Assembly: GCA_965644295.1 (NCBI GenBank)
Contig: CBFFRP010000641.1
Location: forward strand, 1 to 12,294
Length of the DNA: 12,294 bases
From: Paraphysomonas bandaiensis
Taxonomy: Eukaryota > Protista > Chrysophyceae
Reading direction: 5' to 3'
In this document: one piece after another, positions 7,801 through 12,294 of the stretch
Numbering within the stretch: position 1 is the stretch's first letter
How the letters are laid out: each line of letters starts with the position of its first letter
Notes under the pieces: generated by a model
Told to the model about the DNA's origin: nothing
Database searches by the model: none
What the model saw: only the letters and a program-made list of their open reading frames with translations
Program-made: the position numbers and the translations under genes

Positions 7801-10800
7801 ACTGTTAAACCACCTGTCACATCACCACCACCCGTGGCAACCTTTAATCCGGCACCGGTAACTGTTAAACCATCGTCTACCTTCAAGCCAGAATCATTCA
7901 CTGTAAAGCCACCTGTCACATCACCACCACCCGTGGCAACCTTTAAACCAGCACCAGTAACAGTCAATCCATCGTTAACCTTCAAACCAGAATCATTTAC
8001 TGTAAAGCCACCTGTCACATCACCACCACCCGTGGCAACCTTTAAACCAGCACCAGTAACAGTTAAACCACCTGCGGACTTCAGACCACTACTTGACACA
8101 GTTAATCCATCATCAACCTTCAAGCCAGAATCATTTACTGTAAAGCCACCTGTCACATCACCACCACCCGTGGCAACCTTCAAACCAGCACCAGTAACAG
8201 TCAATCCATCGTTCACCTTCAAACCAGAATCATTCACTGTAAAGCCACCTGTCACATCACCACCACCCGTGGCAACCTTCAAACCAGCACCAGTTACAGT
8301 TAAACCGCCTGCGGACTTTAGACCACTACTTGACACAGTTAATCCATCGGCAACCTTCAAACCAGAATCATTTACTGTAAAGCCACCTGTCACATCACCA
8401 CCACCCGTGGCAACCTTCAAACCAGCACCAGTTACAGTTAAGCCGCCTGCAGACTTTAGACCACTTCCAGAAACAGTTAATCCATCAGCAACCTTTAAAC
8501 CAGCACCAGTTACAGTGACACCATCTACAACTTTAAGACCGTCAGCTGATACTGTTAGTCCGTCGCCCGCGATGACCATACCAGCATCATTCAGTGTGAG
8601 GCCACCTGTTGCTCTAATTCCTCCACTTGCAACTGTCAAACCAGTATTCTGCACTGTTATTCCACCAGAAACATAATATCCTCCTGATAGAACAGAGAGC
8701 CCGCCAGACACTTTCAATCCACCAGTCTCAATATTAGTGTTATCTGCATTTATAACAATATTGTCACCAGCATCAATGTCGATATTGTTAGCTGCATCAA
8801 TATCGAGGTCACCACCAGCATTTACAGTAATAGGAGAAGCAGATACGACAGTTATGCCAGTCTGCCTATCGACAAATAGACCAGCATCCTTCGCAGTATC
8901 ATCATCGTACAAAAAGACGCGACCAAAATCATCGGTCCCACTACTCGGAATAAGGAAAATATCACCACCATTACTTGTACCAGAAGCTCCTGAGCTACCA
9001 CCACTAATAATAGAAACACTTCCACCCATTTTACTAGCACTTGAGGTACTACCAGCAGATAAAACTAACTCACCACCTGATCCACTGTTGCCAGATCCTA
9101 CTGTCACATACACTGAACCACCACGTCCACTTGCACTAGATCCACTGCCAATGTACAACGAACCACTGTTGCCCTTACTAGAAGTACCAGTACTCAACAC
9201 CAATTGACCACTCACACCAGATGATCCAGCATTAGCAGTCAACAAGGACAATGCTCCACTGGATCGCTGTGAACTGAAACCAGTTACAATTGTCAAACGA
9301 CCACCACTCTCCGATGATGACTCGCCAGCTGACAACATCAACTCACCACCTGATCCACTGTTGCCAGATCCTACTGTCACATACACTGAACCACCACGAC
9401 CACTTGCACCAGATCCACTGCCAATGTACAACGAACCACTGTTGCCTCGACTAGAAGTACCAGTACTCAACACCAATTGACCACTCACACCAGATGATCC
9501 AGCATTAGCAGTCAACAAAGACAACGCTCCACTGCTACCCACAGATCCAGAACCAGTAACAATTGTCAAACGACCACCACTCTCCGAGGATGACTCGCCA
9601 GCTGACAACATCAACTCACCACCTGATCCACTGTTGCCGGATCCTACTGTCACATACACTGAACCACCACGACCACTTGCACCAGATCCACTACCAATGT
9701 ACAACGAACCACTGTTGCCTCGACTAGAAGTACCAGTACTCAACACCAATTGACCACTCACACCAGATGATCCAGCATTAGCAGTCAACAAAGACAATGC
9801 TCCACTGCTGCCACGTGTTCCTGAACCAGTTACAATTGTCAAACGACCACCACTCTCCGAGGATGACTCGCCAGCTGACAACATCAACTCACCACCTGAT
9901 CCACTGTTGCCAGATCCTACTGTCACATACACTGAACCACCACGACCACTTGCACCAGATCCACTGCCAATGTACAACGAACCACTGTTGCCTCGACTAG
10001 AAGTACCAGTACTCAACACCAATTGACCACTCACACCAGACGATCCCGCATTAGCAGTCAACAAAGACAACGCTCCACTGCTACCCACAGATCCAGAACC
10101 AGTAACAATTGTCAAACGACCACCACTCTCCGAGGATGACTCGCCAGCTGACAACATCAACTCACCACCAGATCCACTGTTGCCAGATCCTACTGTCACA
10201 TACACTGAACCACCACGACCACTTGCACCAGATCCACTGCCAATGTACAACGAACCACTGTTGCCCTTACTAGAAGTACCAGTACTCAACACCAATTGAC
10301 CACTCACACCTGTAGAACCAGAATTCGCGGTAAGTAGTGATAATTCTCCGCTAGTTCCTACAGAAGATCCTGTCTGTACTGATATATGGCCACCAGTAGC
10401 AACTGTGTCGGATATACCAGACGACATAATCAAAGATCCAGCAGCACCAGAATTTCCAGAGCCAATTGAAATTTTAATATTTCCTCCTCTTCCGGATGAC
10501 GCTGTATTCGTCCCAATAAAAATAGCACCAGAATTACCATCCGTGGATACGCCAGTACTCAAGACAATTAAACCACTCACACCATCATTGCCAGAATCCT
10601 CAGTACGTATTTCCAACGCACCACTGTCGACATTACCCTGGCCACTTCTGAGCGAAAAATGCCCTCCATTCTTGGCAGACGAGGATCCAGCTTGTAAGAT
10701 TAACTCACCACCATTACCACTATTTCCTGCACCAACAGTAATATGAATATTTCCACCTTTACCCGAACTCGAGTTCGCAGTTCCAATAAATATTGCACCA

Positions 10801-12294
10801 GTATTTCCAGTTCTACTGGTACCTGTGCTCAATACTATTAATCCACTATGTCCTGTTGTTCCCGCATTAGCAGTCATAATGGTCAACGCCCCACTAGACG
10901 CAGCGGCACCATAACCACTTGATATTGATAGTCTTCCACCAACTGAATTAGTGGCCGTAGTTGTTCCAGAAGTTAATGTTAATTCTCCACCAGATCCGCT
11001 ATCACCGCTTCCCACAGTAATTGTCACACTACCGCCTCTACCAGATGTAGAAACACCAGATCCGATATGAATAGTCCCACTGTTACCTTTCGTGGCAGAG
11101 CCAGTACTTAAAATCATCATTCCCGATATACCAGCAGTTCCGGAATCCTGAGTCTGGATAACCAATGCTCCACTGCTCTTGCTAGTTCCTTTACCCGAAC
11201 TGATCCAAACACGGCCTCCGGTGTCAGCTGATGTTTGCCCAGCCGAAAGATACAATTCCCCACCACTGCCTAGGTCACCCGAACCAGCGGTCACATAAAT
11301 AGCCCCACCAGCACCGTTTGAAGAATCACCTGTACCGATCAAGATATCACCGGAGTTACCACTTGTCGCAACCCCAGTACTCAAAGCGATCAAACCAGAA
11401 ACACCCGAACTACCAGCATCAGAACTATGCAGAAGAAGTTGACCGCTGCTCTTATTTAAATTCCTACCAGACAATATAGTAACATCGCCTCCAGTTGTAA
11501 CATCACTACCAGACCCAGTAACAGAACCAGCAGACAGATAAAGATTACCTCCGGAGCCACTATCACCAGACCCTACAGTTACATAAACCGCACCACCAGA
11601 ACCCTCAGAACCATCACCAGTACCGATGTAAATATTTCCACTATTACCTCTACTAGCATCACCTGAACTTAAAACCATCATGCCACTAACACCAGACAAA
11701 CCAGCTGAAGCAGTCTGTAAAACTAAGCTACCACTAGATCTAGAGTCAGACGAACCACTAGTTATGGACAACCGCCCACCAGTAAAGGCACCTGCAGCGT
11801 TACCAGCTGACAACATCAACTCACCACCTGATCCACTGTTGCCAGATCCTACTGTCACATACACTGAACCACCACGTCCACTTGATGCAGATCCACTGCC
11901 AATGTACAACGAACCACTGTTGCCTCGACTAGAAGTACCAGTACTCAACACCAATTGACCACTCACACCAGATGATCCAGCATTAGCAGTCAACAAAGAC
12001 AGCGCTCCACTGCTGCCACGAGACCCAGAACCAGTTACAATTGTCAAACGACCACCACTCTCCGAGGATGACTCGCCAGCTGACAACATCAACTCACCAC
12101 CTGATCCACTGTTGCCAGATCCTACTGTCACATACACTGACCCACCACGACCACTTGCACCAGATCCACTGCCAATATACAACGAACCACTGTTGCCTCG
12201 ACTAGAAGTACCAGTACTCAACACCAATTGACCACTCACACCAGATGATCCAGCATTAGCAGTCAACAAGGACAATGCTCCACTGGATCGCTCT
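4893..12294 (-). CDS. Giant Gly/Ser-rich repetitive beta-fibre protein with C-terminal Peptidase_S74 intramolecular chaperone (tail-fibre-like), 5'-partial
   Basis: Single stop-free frame from the window edge to TAG at 4895-4893. The track's start at 12275 is a TTG Leu inside a repeat, and the frame continues upstream as ERSSGA. Repeat-unit lengths are multiples of 3 and differences between copies are mostly synonymous. The non-repetitive C-terminus has S74 motifs. Confidence 0.93.
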   Translation of the reverse strand, partial: ERSSGALSLLTANAGSSGVSGQLVLSTGTSSRGNSGSLYIGSGSGASGRGGSVYVTVGSGNSGSGGELMLSAGESSSESGGRLTIVTGSGSRGSSGALSLLTANAGSSGVSGQLVLSTGTSSRGNSGSLYIGSGSASSGRGGSVYVTVGSGNSGSGGELMLSAGNAAGAFTGGRLSITSGSSDSRSSGSLVLQTASAGLSGVSGMMVLSSGDASRGNSGNIYIGTGDGSEGSGGAVYVTVGSGDSGSGGNLYLSAGSVTGSGSDVTTGGDVTILSGRNLNKSSGQLLLHSSDAGSSGVSGLIALSTGVATSGNSGDILIGTGDSSNGAGGAIYVTAGSGDLGSGGELYLSAGQTSADTGGRVWISSGKGTSKSSGALVIQTQDSGTAGISGMMILSTGSATKGNSGTIHIGSGVSTSGRGGSVTITVGSGDSGSGGELTLTSGTTTATNSVGGRLSISSGYGAAASSGALTIMTANAGTTGHSGLIVLSTGTSRTGNTGAIFIGTANSSSGKGGNIHITVGAGNSGNGGELILQAGSSSAKNGGHFSLRSGQGNVDSGALEIRTEDSGNDGVSGLIVLSTGVSTDGNSGAIFIGTNTASSGRGGNIKISIGSGNSGAAGSLIMSSGISDTVATGGHISVQTGSSVGTSGELSLLTANSGSTGVSGQLVLSTGTSSKGNSGSLYIGSGSGASGRGGSVYVTVGSGNSGSGGELMLSAGESSSESGGRLTIVTGSGSVGSSGALSLLTANAGSSGVSGQLVLSTGTSSRGNSGSLYIGSGSGASGRGGSVYVTVGSGNSGSGGELMLSAGESSSESGGRLTIVTGSGTRGSSGALSLLTANAGSSGVSGQLVLSTGTSSRGNSGSLYIGSGSGASGRGGSVYVTVGSGNSGSGGELMLSAGESSSESGGRLTIVTGSGSVGSSGALSLLTANAGSSGVSGQLVLSTGTSSRGNSGSLYIGSGSGASGRGGSVYVTVGSGNSGSGGELMLSAGESSSESGGRLTIVTGFSSQRSSGALSLLTANAGSSGVSGQLVLSTGTSSKGNSGSLYIGSGSSASGRGGSVYVTVGSGNSGSGGELVLSAGSTSSASKMGGSVSIISGGSSGASGTSNGGDIFLIPSSGTDDFGRVFLYDDDTAKDAGLFVDRQTGITVVSASPITVNAGGDLDIDAANNIDIDAGDNIVINADNTNIETGGLKVSGGLSVLSGGYYVSGGITVQNTGLTVASGGIRATGGLTLNDAGMVIAGDGLTVSADGLKVVDGVTVTGAGLKVADGLTVSGSGLKSAGGLTVTGAGLKVATGGGDVTGGFTVNDSGLKVADGLTVSSSGLKSAGGLTVTGAGLKVATGGGDVTGGFTVNDSGLKVNDGLTVTGAGLKVATGGGDVTGGFTVNDSGLKVDDGLTVSSSGLKSAGGLTVTGAGLKVATGGGDVTGGFTVNDSGLKVNDGLTVTGAGLKVATGGGDVTGGFTVNDSGLKVDDGLTVTGAGLKVATGGGDVTGGLTVSGAGLKVGTGGGDVTGGFTVNDSGLKVAAGLTVSSSGLKSAGGLTVSGAGLKVATGGGDVTGGLTVSGAGLKVGTGGGDVTGGFTVNDSGLKVDDGLTVTGAGLKVATGGGDVTGGLTVSGAGLKVGTGGGDVTGGFTVNDSGLKVAAGLTVSSSGLKSAGGLTVTGAGLKVATGGGDVTGGLTVNDSGLKVDDGLTVTGAGLKVATGGGDVTGGLTVSGAGLKVGTGGGDVTGGFTVNDSGLKVAAGLTVSSSGLKSAGGLTVTGAGLKVATGGGDVTGGLTVSGAGLKVGTGGGDVTGGFTVNDSGLKVDDGLTVTGAGLKVATGGGDLTGGLTVSGAGLKVGTGGGDVTGGFTVNDSGLKVAAGLTVSSSGLKSAGGLTVTGAGLKVATGGGDVTGGLTVSGAGLKVGTGGGDVTGGFTVNDSGLKVAAGLTVSSSGLKSAGGLTVTGAGFKVATGGGDVTGGFTVNDSGLKVDDGLTVTGAGLKVATGGGDVTGGLTVSGAGLKVGTGGGDVTGGFTVNDSGLKVAAGLTVSSSGLKSAGGLTVTGAGLKVATGGGDVTGGLTVSGAGLKVGTGGGDVTGGFTVNDSGLKVAAGLTVSSSGLKSAGGLTVTGAGLKVATGGGDVTGGLTVNDSGLKVDDGLTVTGAGLKVATGGGDVTGGLTVNDSGLKVAAGLTVSSSGLKSAGGLSVTGAGLKVATGGGDVTGGLTVSGAGLKVGTGGGDVTGGFTVNDSGLKVAAGLTVSSSGLKSAGGLTVTGAGLKVGNGLTVDGDSVFNDKLTVNGGLLVTSGLTVYGQAYKYNPNTNVWVPSDRRLKSNISPMKNVLSKLSKIRGVYFKWDKSLPMDKISELDRRTMGVIAQEVKPIFPEIITTDHNGFYSVNYILLVPVLLEAIRELSENVEADMLTVGSARDYIDERVKSLQSSMGVEYGDKLSSLESEIKVLIAKVQRLEDIESRVEHLEGSCR
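4896..5363 (-). other. Peptidase_S74 / intramolecular chaperone autoprocessing domain plus coiled coil (156 aa from the catalytic Ser)
   Basis: PSDRRLKSNI (Ser codon 5363-5361, Lys codon 5348-5346), IRGVYFKW, MGVIAQEV..IFPEII, YSVNY..LVPVLLEAIREL, then heptads LSSLESEIKVLIAKVQRLEDIESRVEHLE. Confidence 0.92.
5490..8720 (-). repeat. Coding modular tandem array B (39-bp and 60-bp modules; 13 and 20 aa)
   Basis: Modules are GLTV(T/S)GAGLKV(A/G)TGGGDVTG, G(F/L)TVNDSGLKV(DD/AA/AD/ND) and GLTVSSSGLKSAG. Copies are near-identical over ~5500-8510 and degenerate over ~8510-8720. Confidence 0.97.
9030..12294 (-). repeat. Coding tandem array A (273-bp / 91-aa unit of six 15-16-aa sub-repeats, about 12 units visible)
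   Basis: The marker accaattgacc recurs with its caattg at 9201, 9474, 9747, 10020, 10293, then 11952 and 12225 (273-bp spacing). About six diverged units lie between 10293 and 11952. Confidence 0.97.

Noticed and set aside
5464-8676. 1070-aa Pro/Thr/Val/Lys-rich, extensin-like ORF on the + strand
   Set aside because: Antisense shadow. This frame shares wobble positions with the minus-strand gene, so stops can arise only opposite Tyr, His or Gln codons. Array B has none, and the ORF ends exactly opposite the GGYY tyrosines. Gly codons automatically read as Pro.
8737-11958. Smaller ORFs 8737..9207, 8852..9040, 9797..10000, 10405..10746 and 11680..11958
   Set aside because: Antisense or alternative-frame by-products of the repetitive fibre gene, with no independent motifs.
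5490-12294. CRISPR array or non-coding satellite interpretation of the repeats
   Set aside because: There are no unique spacers, all periods are multiples of 3, and variation is mostly synonymous in one frame, so these are coding repeats.
9030-12294. Diversity-generating retroelement (template/variable repeat) linking the retroelement to the fibre gene
   Set aside because: Differences between copies are not adenine-specific, no non-coding template repeat is visible, and the neighbouring element is an ordinary Gypsy integrase, not a DGR reverse transcriptase.
4893-12294. Assignment as MYRF, PE-PGRS, collagen, autotransporter or ice-nucleation protein
   Set aside because: No Ndt80-like DNA-binding or transmembrane segment next to the S74 domain, no Gly-X-Y triplets, no C-terminal beta-barrel, and no AGYGST octamers.

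Overview
This looks like an AT-rich eukaryotic genomic window with three parts. (1) 1-~2312 (+) is the 3' end of a Ty3/Gypsy LTR retrotransposon: integrase (zinc finger, DDE core, GPY/F, chromodomain and an extra C-terminal domain) broken by a perfect 40-bp tandem duplication, then a polypurine tract and a 3' LTR starting TGTAAC at 1852. (2) ~3033-3834 (-) is a decayed, apparently internally deleted IS630/Tc1/mariner-like transposase with a probable 48-nt GT-AG intron. (3) 4893->12294 (-) is a 5'-truncated, uninterrupted ORF of more than 2460 aa. It contains about 12 copies of a 91-aa Gly/Ser repeat built from 15-16-aa rungs, a short octad-repeat linker, about 1000 aa of 13/20-aa modules, and a C-terminal Peptidase_S74 intramolecular chaperone (PSDRRLK) plus coiled coil. 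The main candidate novelty is this giant, self-cleaving, phage-tail-fibre-like trimeric beta-fibre in a eukaryotic, transposon-rich context. All family calls come from motif recognition by eye; no searches were run.
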